From the NCBI RefSeq assembly GCF_006345805.1, contig NC_043010.1, positions 4,588,001-4,652,000 on the forward strand: DNA of 64,000 nt, written 5' to 3'. Shown here in pieces: positions 11,740 through 24,179 of the stretch. A model generated the notes under the pieces. It had not been told where the DNA came from. It saw nothing but the letters and a program-made list of their open reading frames with translations, and did not search any database. Position 1 is the stretch's first letter. The number at the start of each line of letters is the position of its first letter. A program made the position numbers and the translations under genes. Origin of the DNA: Octopus sinensis. Lineage: Eukaryota.

Positions 11740-14272
11740 TGTATGTATGTATTTATGTATGTATGTATGTATGTGTGTATGTATGTATGTATGTATGTAT
11801 GTATGTATGTATGTATGTATGCATGCATGTATGTATGTATGTATGTATGTATGTATGTATGTATGTATGTATGTATGTATGTATGTATGTATGTATGTAT
11901 GTATGAAGTATGTAGTATGTATGTATGTATGATGCATGCATGTATGTATGTATGTATGTATGTATGTATGTATGTATGTATGTATGTATGTATGAATGTA
12001 TGTAGCATTGTATGTATGTATGTATGTATGTATGTATGTATGTATGATGTATGTATGTATGAATGTATGGATGTATGTATGTATGTATGTATGTATGAAT
12101 GTATGTATGTATGTATGTATGTATTGAATGTATGTAGTATGTATGAATGTATGTAGTATGTATGTATGTATGTATGCATGTATGTATGTGTATGTAATGT
12201 ATGTAGCTGTATGTAGGTATGTATGTATGTATGTATGTATGTATGTATGTGTATGTATGTATTGTATGTATGTATGTATGTATGTATGTATGTATGTATG
12301 TATGTATGTATGTATGTATCTGTATGTATGTATGTATGAATGTATGTATGTATCTGTATGTATGTATGTATGTTGTATGATGTATTGTATGTATGTATGG
12401 ATGTATGTATGTATGTATGTATGTATGTATGTATGAAGTATGTATGCATGTATGTATGTATGTATGAATGTATGTATGTATGTATGTATGTATGTATGTA
12501 TGTATGTATGTATGTATGTATGTATGTATGTATGAAGTATGTATGTATGTATGTATGTATGTATGTATGTAGTATGTATGTATGTATGTATGATGTATGT
12601 ATGTATGTATGTTATGTAGCATGCATGTATGTAGTGTTGTATGTATGTATGTATGTATGTATGTATGTATGTATGTATGTATGTATGTATGTATGTATGA
12701 ATGTATGTATGTATGTATGTATGTATGCATGCATGATGTATGTATGTATGTATGTATGTATGTATGTATGTATGTATGTATGTATGTATGTATGTATGTA
12801 TGTATGTATGGATGTATGTATGTATGTAGGTATTTGCATGCATGTTGTATGTATGTATGTAGTATGTATGTATGTATGTATGTATGTATGTATGAATGTA
12901 TGTATGCATGTTGTATGTATGTATGTATGTATGTATGTAGTATGTATGTATGTATGTAGATGTATGTATGTATGTATGTATGTTGTATGTAATGTATGTA
13001 GGTATGTATTGTATGTTGAATGTAATGTATGTATGTATGAATGTATGTATGTATGTATGTATGTATGTATATGCATGTATGTATGTATGTAGAATGTATG
13101 TATGGATGTATGTATGTAATGTATGTATGTATGTATGTATGTATGTATAATGTATGTAGTATGTATGTATGTATTTTGTATGTATGTATGTATGTATGTA
13201 TGTGTATGTATGTATGAATGTATGTATGTATGTATTATGTATGTATGTAATGTATGTATGTATGTTGTAATGTATGTATTTATGTATTCATGTATGTATG
13301 TATGTATGTATGTATGAATGTATGTAGGCATGTATGTATGTATGTATGAATGTATGTATGTATGTATGTATGTATGTATGTATGTATGTATGTATGTATT
13401 ATGTATGTATGTATGATGTATGTATGTATGTATGTATGTATGTATTATGTATGTATGTATGTATGTATGTATGTATGTATGTTGTATGTATGTATGTATG
13501 TATGTATGTATGTGATGAATGTATGTATGTATGTATGTTATGTATGAATGTATGTATGTATGTATGTATGTATGTATGTATGTATGTATGTTGTATGTAT
13601 GAATGTAGTTGTATGTATGTATGTATGTATGTATGTATGTATGTATGTATGTATGTATGTATGTATGTATGAATGTATGTATGTATGGTTGTATGTATGT
13701 ATGTATGTATGAATGTATGTATGTATTATGTATGTATGTATGTATGTATGTATGTATGTATGTATGTATGAATGTATGTATGCATGTATGTATGTATGTA
13801 TGAATGTATGTATGTATGTATGTATGTATGTATGTATGTATGTATGTATGTATGTGTATGTATGTATGAATGTAGGTTATGTATGTATGTATGTATGTAT
13901 GTTGTATGTATGTATGTATGTATGTATGATGTATGTATGTATGTATGTATGTATGTATTATGAATGTATGTATGTATGTATGTATGTATGTATGTATGAA
14001 TGTATGTATGTATGTATGAATGTATGTATGCATGTATGTATGTATGTATGAATGTATGTATGCATGTATGTATGTATGTATGAATGTATGTATGTATGTA
14101 TGTATGTATGTATGTATGTATGAATGTATGTATGCATGTATGTATGTATGTATGAATGTATGTATGTATGTATGTATGTATGAATGTATGAATGTATGTA
14201 TGTATGTATGTATGTATGTATGTATGTATGCATGTATGTATGTATGTATGAATGTATGTATGTATGTATGTA
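11740..14272. repeat. ~2.5-kb (TATG)n tetranucleotide array
   Basis: Directly visible; source of the MYVC/HTYI ORFs. Confidence 0.97.
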
Positions 14273-15289
14273 TATATTTATTTATGCACACATGCATACA
14301 CACACACACACACATGCACTTGATATTTCATTCCACAGGAATAAATTTGAAACTTGAAGATGCAATAAGTGAGATTCCTGTACTGCGTTGCTGAATACTC
14401 GGGGTAAACCCCAAATACCATTTCAGATAAAAACCATATAAGAATTTTCTTAAGCTTAAATCATCATCATCATCATTACCATCATCATCATCATTACCAT
14501 CATCATCATCATTACCATCATCATCATCATTGTTGTTGTAACTGTTAATGTCATAAGAGTTATCATCTTCCTTGTGATTCTTTGGTCTGCTTTTCTATGC
14601 AGGTTTGTGTTGGATGTGACTTACTAATTTCTTTTTGTGGGGATTTATATACACAGACAATAAAACACATTGGCTATTTTACTTGAACTTTTCCTTTTCA
14701 TTTTGAAGTGTTTCTTTATTTTACATTCCTGATTTTCCTCTCCATATTTAGACATAAAAAAAGACGATGTCTAAAGCATCGTAATTAACTCCTTTGTTTT
14801 GCCCAACAATTTTATTATGAATGTATCCTATTTTGCGCTTTTTATTTTAGCTCTCTCATCATATGTGTGTGTGTGTGTGTCTGTGTGTGTGCGAGTGTAA
14901 GTGTGTAAATGGAATATTAGATAAAGACTAAAGTAAAACAAATAGTAATTAACTTCAGGTACTTAAATGAACTGGTAGATCAAGCTACTGATGAATATAG
15001 ACAGAAAGGCAAAGCAAAATATACATTAGACTATACTCCTACTAAAAAAATATATCTATTACACACAAAATGTTTTATATAAGCCAAATGCATTCTGGGT
15101 ACAGCACAAATGAACATGTTCAAAAATCTCATAAAAGGAAACGCAAAATGTGTCACATTAAACCACAAGTACAGCAATCTTTCATATGCTGTCCATGCCT
15201 TTAAAACCAAAAAGCGATTGCAAAACATTATATCAAATACCATACAACAAAGCTGGCACGTAAAAAGCACCATCCAATCGTGGACGTTT

Positions 15290-15498
15290 GTCAGCCTCGT
15301 CTGGCACCTGTGCAGGTGGCATGTAAAAAGCACCCACTACACTCATGGAGTGGTTGGCGTCAGGAAGGGCATCCAGCTGTAGAAATACTGCCAGATCAGA
15401 CTGGGCCTGACACAGCCTTCGGGCTTCCTAGACCCCAGTTGAACTGTCCAACCCGTGCTAGCATGGAAAACAGACGTTAAACGATGATGATGATGATG
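15290..15498 (+). mobile_element. RTE-tail-type short element, family C
   Basis: AAAAAGCACCCACTACACTC...AGGAAGGGCATCCAGCTGTAG...(GAT)n tail. Confidence 0.85.
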
Positions 15499-15610
15499 AA
15501 AGCTAGACTTTGAAAACTGGTTGGCATTAGGAAGAACATTCAGGTGTAGAGACTATGCCGAGTGGACAGTAGAGTTTGGTTCAGTCCTCTGGCTTGTCAG
15601 CTCCTATATG

Positions 15611-15651
<41 letters not shown>

Positions 15652-15674
15652 ATGTCCGTGTAATTATGTGTATT

Positions 15675-15849
15675 GTATCTGAAGTTTGCTTCCCAACTGC
15701 ATTGTTCTGGGTTCAGTCCCACTGCATGGCACCATAGGCAAGTGTCTTCTACTATAGCCCAGGCTGACCAAAGGCTAGTAAGTGGATTTGGTAGATAGAA
15801 ACTGAAAGCAACCCATTTTGTGTGTGTGTATGTGTGTGTGTGTGTGTGT

Positions 15850-15860
<11 letters not shown>
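15675..15860 (+). mobile_element. SINE family A, 5' half
   Basis: GGGTTCAGTCCCACTGCATGGCACC...GATTTGGTAGATAGAAACTGAAAG. Confidence 0.8.
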
Positions 15861-15888
<28 letters not shown>

Positions 15889-15976
15889 ATATAGATTCAG
15901 ATGAATATGGTACTTAAGTTAAAGGCACCAGAATTTAGTATGGTATTATCCATTTAAATCAAATGGGATGATTATA

Positions 15977-16147
15977 ATCAAAATAAGCTGCAAGGATATC
16001 CAAGGTAGTGTAGTACAATCGTTTCATGCTACTTCATTTTATTAAACAATTTAAGTATCTGAAGGATATTTCCATTGTTTAATAAAATGAAGTAGCATGA
16101 AACGATTGTACTACACTACCTTGGATATCCTTGTTGCTTATTTTGAT
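15977..16147. repeat. Near-perfect inverted repeat: 74-bp arms, 23-nt loop
   Basis: 15977-16050 equals the reverse complement of 16074-16147 at 72/74 positions (hand alignment). Confidence 0.95.
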
Positions 16148-16161
16148 ATATATATATATAT

Positions 16162-16308
<147 letters not shown>

Positions 16309-16766
16309 TATTTATGTGTGTCTTTGTGCCTATTTTTGTCATCCACTACCTCTTGACAACTGGTACTAGTGTGTTTATATGCTAATAACTTAGCAGTTCA
16401 CCAAAAGAGACCAATGGAATAAATATCAGACTTGAAAAAAAATGTACTAGGGGTGATTCATGCAACTAAAATGTTTCAATGTGGTGCTCCAGCATGTCCA
16501 CAGTCTAATGACTGAAACAAATAAAAGATAAAGGATAAAAGATATGTGTGTTTGCATGCATGTGTGTGTGTGTGTGGCGTTTGTGTGTGTGTGTGTGTGT
16601 GTGTGTGATTATGTGTGTGTACACATTTATGGTATCCACGAGAGATTGATGCAAAATGAGTCGAAATGATTTTTGTGAATAATAAAGTTTCTTGTATATT
16701 TTGTTTTTCTGTCTCTTTCATTTTTTGTATATCTATGTATGTATATATAAGTACACACATCCATAG

Positions 16767-17165
16767 TCTTTTCTTGTTTCAGTCATGTGACTGTAGCCAT
16801 GCTGGAGCACCACCTTTAGTCGAGCAAATCGACCCCAGGACTTATTCTTTGTAAGCCTAGTACTTATTCTATCACTCTCTTTCGCTGAACCGCTAAGTTA
16901 CAGGGATGTAAACACACCAGCATCGGTTGTCAATCGATGTTGGTGGGGGGTGGGGTGCAAACACAGACACACAAACATATACACACACATACATATGTAT
17001 ACACATATATACGACAGGCTTCTTTCAGTTTCCGTCTACCAAATCCACTCACAAGTCTTTGGCCAGCCCGAGGCTATAGTAGAAGACACTTGCCCAAGGT
17101 GCTGCACAGTGGGACTGAACCTGGAACCATGTGGTTCATAAGCAAGCTACTTACCACACAGCCTC
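16767..17165 (-). mobile_element. SINE family A, full length
   Basis: Complete reverse-complement structure. Confidence 0.9.
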
Positions 17166-17325
17166 TCACACATCATAAATATGTTTGTATGTGTAAATAG
17201 TATGTGTGTGTGTGTGTGTGTGTATTTACGGATGTAAATCTATATAAAGTCAAGTATCGTTATCTTGACTTCACTGAAGTAGGGCAAAAACATGCCCAGA
17301 CTAGCTTAGTTCTTATGAAGAAATA

Positions 17326-17724
17326 TCTTTATATATAAAAGTGAGGTTATGTGCTGTCTGTCTCCTACGATTTAGATTCCTAACTACTCCCACATTTTGC
17401 GGTGCAGTTTAACCAAAACCGGATATCTTATAGTCGTGATTCATATCGAGCCCTTCTGGATATTAGCGCACGTCTACGATGAGTCTACGATTTAAAAAAA
17501 AAATTACCATCAATTTTTCACATTTTTAATGCATTTTTGGCATATATAAGGGAAGTAACTCTCTAAAAATTTATTATTAAATCTCAGAACGTAAAAAGCT
17601 ACTGTAACAACACCCCCCCTTTGTGGTTATCCATATTGAGATGGCTATTATACTTTACATATCTAAAAATGCTTATATAGTTATTTCCCTTACAAACCCG
17701 AGCAACGCCGGGCGATACTGCTAG
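17326..17724 (+). mobile_element. Non-autonomous Helitron, both termini intact
   Basis: 5' TC (TCTTTATATATAAAA) follows an A. The 3' CTAG is followed by a T. Subterminal hairpin CCCG-AGCAACGC-CGGG at 17697-17712. No TSD. Confidence 0.8.
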
Positions 17725-19217
17725 TAAAATTTAAATTAATAATGATCTTGAATATTAATAATGATAACAATACATTTAAATATTTGTAGATCTTTTAATT
17801 TAGTTTCTAAACTCAAGTTCTCTGAGATCCTTGTTTGCTATTGTTCAGTCGCACGAAATAAGATAAGACTGAAGTGTTAAATCTAAGTCGTAGCCATCTG
17901 TTATATAATGAAGCTCTGGAGATTAGAATATTATTGAGGAAGCAAAGACAGACTTGATGCTAGACATCTCCATCTATGAAAACCTTTAATAAAGGACAAC
18001 GTTTAGTGTTGTACTTTATTATTTTTTTTTTTTCATAGAGCAATTTCTTGGCAAGATTTATTCCATAATCTGCTGTTAAATTTTGAAAAATAGAAAAAAT
18101 TAAAATCTTATTTTTTACCTTTTCTTGTTTCTAATTATCTTAGGTCTCTTTGCTGGTAAGCCATAAAATTATCTTATTTAACCCAAAATGATGAAGCTAC
18201 ATATTTATAATTTTACTTGAAAAAGGGAAAATTGAGTAAAAAAAATTACCAATTTCTAAGTTGTTATTCCAGATGAAGTGATAGTTTTGTTCCTTTATAG
18301 GTAATTAAAAATTATAACTACACATAGACCAAGTAATGAGCTTGTGTAATGTTTTAATTACAAAGTAGAAAAAGATGTTTTTCTGTAATTTTTGTGTTTT
18401 TTGCTTTTTTTGGTTTCGGTGTATGTGGCGGCGGGAGATTTTTCCTTTTAGTATAAAGAATGGTAATCTAAAATCAGTGAAAAGCAAAAGAAAAAAGAAA
18501 TTAATGAACCAAAATAATGGTTACAGATTTTAATTAAAATTATTGAAAGATAAAATTTAAATTGTAAGCTTGGCTTTGCAAAAATGAAATTTGTTTTTTT
18601 TTTATAAAAGAAAATATTAAAAAAAAAAATTATACTTTTCAAGATTCATCTTTGGAAAGGTTTGATGAAACTAATTTTGTTAATCAAGCAACGTCAAAAG
18701 CAGCTGCAGGAAACTCTTGAGTATAAAAATAAGTCCATTCCTTGATGTAGGGTTTTTCTTTTTGTAATTTTGTTCTCTCCAAGCATGTGAAAAGAGAAAA
18801 AATTTTAATGATTGAGTCTTAGCCTTAAGACTTTTCAGAAGCTAAAAACCTTTTTTGAATGAATATAATAATTAATTATTTGTATTATTTTGTATTTCTA
18901 GTTTTTTTTTTTTTTTTAGTTGTATGAAGAAAAAATATTGAATATCATCAAATCTGATGTCCACAAATCCTGCACAAATCCTTAATGCTATATCATGAAT
19001 ACCTTTCTGATATTTATTCTTCCAATTCTAGCTTTAGTTATCTGGATTGAAAACAAGTATCTCTACATGTCTTCCCAAAAGTATTTCATAATAAAAGCAA
19101 ACATTTTTGGTTAGTTTCATTAATTAATTCTTCCAGCAAATTGTCACTTTCCACTACCAGGTTATTGCGTTTATATCATTCTTCCTGTTCTTCTCCATGA
19201 AGATGTTGGACCTAGCG

Positions 19218-19365
19218 CATTATTTACATTATTTACATTCGACGGATATTTGTCCCCATCTTGTTTGTTGTTAACACAACGTTTCAGCTGATATGCTCTC
19301 CTGCCATCTTCAGGTGTCTTGGGGAAATTTTGAATCTGGGTTCTTATTCCTAAGGTATTTTTCGA

Positions 19366-19420
<55 letters not shown>

Positions 19421-19550
19421 GTTCAAGTCACTGCTTGGAAGCGAACTCGGAATCTTGGGGTTAGTAGCCTGCGCTCTTAACCACTATGCCATATGCCCAA
19501 ATAATGTAAATAATGTACATAATTCTTCATCTCTTAAATATAGAACTATA
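19218..19550 (-). mobile_element. tRNA-headed short element carrying a minimal hammerhead ribozyme, flanked by a 10-bp TSD
   Basis: A box TGGCATAGTGG (19481-19491), B-box-like AGTTCGCTTCC (19437-19447), (AAT)n spacer, hammerhead at 19273-19318. TSD GGACCTAGCG (19208-19217) / GGACCTAGTG (19551-19560). Confidence 0.8.
19273..19318 (-). ncRNA. Minimal type I hammerhead ribozyme motif
   Basis: GACAC-CUGAAGA-U-GGCAG(10-nt loop)CAGCU-GAAA-CG-UU-GUGUU. Stem I 5 bp, stem II 4/5 pairs, helix III is the palindrome ACGU, cleavage triplet GUU. Confidence 0.75.
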
Positions 19551-19660
19551 GGACCTAGTGGTTAGGGTATTAAGCTTATGATCATAAGGTTGTGGGTTCG
19601 ATTTCTGGACTAGACAATGCATTGAGTCCTTGAGCAAAGCACTTATTTTCACATTGTTTC
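19551..19660 (+). mobile_element. tRNA-derived SINE head, family D
   Basis: TAGTGGTTAGGG...GTTGTGGGTTCGATT...GTCCTTGAGCAAAGCACTT. Confidence 0.75.
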
Positions 19661-20256
19661 AGTTTGCTTATCTTTAAGGAGGACCAGGCCAGTGCTGGTA
19701 TAACTCTCTCTTTTTCTCTCTTTATTTTTTCCTCTCTCTCCTTCTCTCTCCGGCTGTCATACCCTAGATGTTCCACAGGGTCACAGCTGAGGGGTTAAGA
19801 GGGTATCTCTCAATACATGACTTGATATGCATCTAAAAAGAATTAGTGAAAACAGGGTACATGTTACCAAACCATACTCATTCACAGGAGCATTTCTGGG
19901 GAGTGGGGTTAAATCAGTGGTCCACCTTGGGTATGCTTCTATAGAAGCAACACTTTGGGGTTTGCTATATAAGCCTGTATAGGGTGGGTCGGGGACAAAA
20001 TACTGCTATACATTTTGCCTGTTGCAAACATTTCTGCCAGCTTACTTCCTTACATCTGTTGTATATTGGGAGGTCATTATGCCAATACACATACAATACA
20101 CATGCACTGATTTTATTTCACATCTTTATTTCTGTTAGTCAATTGGTTAACCATTCAATCAGTTAATTAATTGGATTGGTTATTGATCATCTTGTCAATC
20201 AGTCAGTTGATTAAGATCATTAGCACACTTACCATGTTCAATATAACCTTATAAAA

Positions 20257-20363
20257 GCTCAAGGACTCAATGAACTGTCCAGTCCAGAAACTGAACCCAC
20301 AACCTTATGATCATGAGCTTAACTCCCTAACCACTAGGTCTTGCATCTTCATGGAGAAGAACA
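20257..20363 (-). mobile_element. SINE family D head: inverted paralog of 19186-19635 without the insertion
   Basis: Reverse complement TGTTCTTCTCCATGAAGATG-CAA-GACCTAGTGGTTAGGG...CATTGAGTCCTTGAGC. Confidence 0.8.
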
Positions 20364-21485
20364 TGCAGATTGATAGAAACCTATGATCTGGTAATGGAGT
20401 GTGACCATTTGCAGGAAGAATTAATTATTGTAATTAATCAAGAAAGTTTGCTTCTATTATGAAATACTTTTGAATAGACGTGTAGAGAAAACTTACATCC
20501 ATGTAACATTGAAATGTTTTAATTTATATTGTATCCTAGACAGCGGGCTTCGTTCATTCTTAGCTAAAATTAAGCTGCCAGATTAAGGAATCCTACCAAT
20601 AAAAATTAAGAGCATCTTGAAACTTCTAACAGAAAATCTTTACAATAGATGCATTTAAGGAAGTGATTTAAATAAAACTTATTTTTCTTCAACTGTTGGC
20701 TTATACAAATACTATTTCCTCATAATAAGGACAGAAATCTCCTTCTTAGGATGAAGAATTTCCTACTGTTAACATCTTAGAATTAAGTCATATAAACCTT
20801 GAACAATTCTTTGCATGCGAATCGATTTTTAAATTTCAACTATTGACCTCAAGCTGTGGTCAAATTAACTATATTTTAGAGATATTTTCACAAAAGTGTC
20901 TTCAGAAGAACTACTAGCAATATCAATAAGGCTGCTTCATATAGCCTGCATGGAAAACTATATAACATTTCTGTCAGTGAATATTTCTCTGGGAATTTTC
21001 TTTAAATTTTCTTTATTTCTTCTCTTCTAGAAAGGTTTAGATTTACATCTTTATCATTCTAAAAATTAGAAATTCTTCGCATTTATGAAGATATATATTT
21101 CTGATAGAACCTCTGTGGATGTGTGTGTGTGTATGTGTAAAACATGTATCGTAATGTGTTTGAATTTTAGGGAGTAAATTGAAAAACTGTAAATGTGAAT
21201 ATACGCAAGATTAAAAGAGCATTATAAAAGCATGTTGTAGCAATTTTACAGGCATGCAGATGTGTGCACACATGCATACATTTGTTCACTCATGTAGATA
21301 TCTAAATAGACTTACATGTATTCGTTTATATGAATACATACATACATATATATGTGTGTATGTATATTTATATATAGAGAGAGATTTGTGCACACATGCA
21401 TACATTTGTTCATTCATGTATATATATCTAAATATACTTACACATATTTATTCATTTATATGAATACATACATACAAACACACAC

Positions 21486-21519
<34 letters not shown>

Positions 21520-21529
21520 GTATATATAT

Positions 21530-21576
<47 letters not shown>

Positions 21577-21620
21577 GTATATATATAATATATATAATAT
21601 ATATATAAATATATATATAT

Positions 21621-21665
<45 letters not shown>

Positions 21666-21727
21666 CATATATATATATATATATGTAATATATATATATA
21701 CATACATATATATATATATATATATAG

Positions 21728-21775
<48 letters not shown>

Positions 21776-21949
21776 TATATGTATATGTATATGTCTTCCT
21801 TGGATTTTTCTCTGTCTCCTATTACTGAAGAAGAGCTTTACTCACAATATAAAACACCCTTTCTTTCCTTCATTGAGCATCTTATTAATACTTAACATGT
21901 AACACGTCCTTGCATTGTTGTTTTATCTTGTTTTTTGGGGTATTCATTT

Positions 21950-21994
<45 letters not shown>

Positions 21995-21997
21995 TAT

Positions 21998-22147
21998 ATG
22001 GCTGTGTGGGAAGTAGCTTGCTTACGAACCACATGTTTCCGGGTTCATTCTCACTGCATGGCACCTTGGGCAAGTGTCTTCTACTATAGCCTCGGGCCGA
22101 CAAAAGTCTTGTGAGTGGATTTGGTACACTGAAAGAAGCCTGTCGTA

Positions 22148-22200
<53 letters not shown>
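21998..22200 (+). mobile_element. SINE family A, 5' half
   Basis: ATGGCTGTGTGGGAAGTAGCTTGC...GAAAGAAGCCTGTCG then (TA)n. Confidence 0.85.
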
Positions 22201-22203
<3 letters not shown>

Positions 22204-22701
22204 TTGCAAGTGAGTTTTGTGAGGAGATAGATTCCTCTTTAAAGGGATGTCAACATCCAAGCTTCCTCTGGTTTTATCTTATATATCAATGAACTTTCTG
22301 GAATCTTGTATTAGTGTTTATTATTTATTAGGCACCAGTATTATACACATTTCAGAGTTCCACTATTTCGTATAGATTTTTACTTCTTATCAATACATGT
22401 GAGTATAGTTATAGTAATATATCATAAAGGAAATGGAATTTATTTACATCTTGTCAATTTTATAAGCCCACAATCATTTTCATATCAATCTCCATTCAAA
22501 TTACAATTAGAATTGCATTACGAAATAACAAAAGTAGATATTTCTTCAGGGTGAAAATTGACACTTTTGTGTTTACATCCTAATAGACTGAGCATTCATC
22601 AACAGACTTAAAATAGCAGCATGCATTTATGTATGTGTGTGTGTTAGCATGTATGAAACTAAGAAACCGTTATAGGTGTATATATACTCGTTTTTTATTT
22701 A

Positions 22702-22885
22702 GCACGTAAAAAGCACCCACTACACTCGCGGAGTGGTTGGCGTTAGGAAGGGCATCCAGCTGTAGAAACTCTGCCAGATCAGACTGGAGCCTGGTGCAGC
22801 CCCTGGCTTCCCAGACCCCGGTCGAACTGTCCAACCCGTGCTAGCGCGGAAAACGGACGTTAAACGATGATGATGACGATGATGA
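22702..22885 (+). mobile_element. RTE-tail-type short element, family C (CpG-rich, young)
   Basis: Same motifs as the other family C copies, with many CpGs retained. Confidence 0.88.
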
Positions 22886-23341
22886 AGTAAGTCTATTCAT
22901 TTAATTTTAATTTATATTATTAATTGTGAGAACTTGAATTTATAGTATAATTTTTATTAATTTATTAATTATTTTCCAGGTATGTTAGTCATAATTGTTG
23001 GTATTTAGGGTTAATTTTTATATTTTATTTAATAGATTTAATTACATCTGTTTAACCAGGGTATTGTTTTCTATGTATCATGCACATGTGCACATACATA
23101 AATGCATGCTGCTATTTTAAGTCTGTTGATAAACGCTCAGTCTATTAGGATGTAAAAACAAATGTTTCAATTTTCGTCCTGAAGAAATATCTACCTTCGT
23201 TATTCCATAAAGCAATTTTAATTGTAATTTGAATGGAGATTGATATGGAAATGATTGTGGGCTTATATAATTGACAAAATGTAAATAAATGGATTATGCT
23301 GTGTTCAAACTCTGCATTTTGTTTATGATACACACACACAC

Positions 23342-23507
23342 AGGCGCAGGAGTGGCTGTGTGGTAGGTAGCTTGTTTACCAACCATATGGTTCCGGGTTC
23401 AGTCCCACTGCGTGGCACCTTGGTCAAGTGTCTTCTACTATAGCCTCGGGCCGACCAAAGCCTTGTGAGTGGATTTGGTAGACGGAAACTGAAAGAAGCC
23501 CGTCGTA

Positions 23508-23538
<31 letters not shown>

Positions 23539-23758
23539 GCATTTGTGTGTCTGTGTTTGTCCCCCTAGCATTGCTTGACAAGTGATGCTGGTGTGTTTAT
23601 GTCCCCATTACGTAGCGGTTCGGCAAAAGAGACCGATAGAATAAGTACTGGGCTTACAAAAGAATAAGTCCTGGGGTCGAGTTGCTCGACTAAAGGCGGT
23701 GCTCCAGCATGGCCACAGTCAAATGACTGAAACAAGTAAAAGAATAAAAAAGAAAGAA
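23342..23758 (+). mobile_element. SINE family A, full length
   Basis: Complete head, internal (TA)n and tail. Confidence 0.92.
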
Positions 23759-23784
23759 CACACACACACTGAATCATGTGAAGG

Positions 23785-24095
23785 CTCATGGTTCAGTGGT
23801 TAAAGTATTGGGTTCACAATCATGAGGTATTGAGTTCAATTCCCAGACTGGGCAGTGTGTTGTGTTCTTGAGCACGACACTTTATTTCACATTGAAATAA
23901 GTTCCAAAGTCAATGGCACCAACTTGTATCAACTTCTGCCTTTCCCTTGGATAACATTGGTGGCACGGGGAGGGGTGGGTGGTATGCATGGGCAACTGCC
24001 GGTCTTCTCTAAACGATCTTGCTCAGACTTGTGCTTTGAAGGGTTGCTTTCTGGGTCTAATCTCATGGTCATTCATGACTGAAGGGTGTCTTTAA
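23785..24095 (+). mobile_element. tRNA-derived SINE, family D
   Basis: TGGTTCAGTGGTTAAAG...GAGTTCAATTCC...TTGAGCACGACACTTTATTTCAC plus a longer body. Confidence 0.65.
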
Positions 24096-24120
24096 CCTAT
24101 ACATACATACATACGTATAT

Positions 24121-24179
24121 ATAACCGAAGAGATGGTGTTGTGGATTTCCACTTCGGCATCTGAAACTCAGAGTTTTAT
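24121..24179 (+). ncRNA. Degenerate minimal type I hammerhead motif (U4C)
   Basis: AUAA-CCGAAGA-GAUG...CAUC-U-GAAA-CUC-A-GAG-UU-UUAU. Stem I AUAA/UUAU; quasi-palindromic helix III ACUCAGAGU. Confidence 0.55.

Noticed and set aside
11706-14394. ORFs up to 567 aa (HTYI/MYVC repeats)
   Set aside because: Artefact of the stop-free (TATG)n array.
14337-14690. Strong acceptors at about 14337 and 14603 (others at about 10389, 18646, 33041, 37408, 44763)
   Set aside because: Followed by early stops or by several equally open frames with no recognisable peptide; expected by chance in 64 kb.
19420-19498. Functional tRNA gene
   Set aside because: No complete cloverleaf or acceptor-stem partner; it is a retroelement head.
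21254-21480. ~123-bp direct tandem duplication
   Set aside because: Low-complexity TA/CA-rich sequence, ordinary for this genome.
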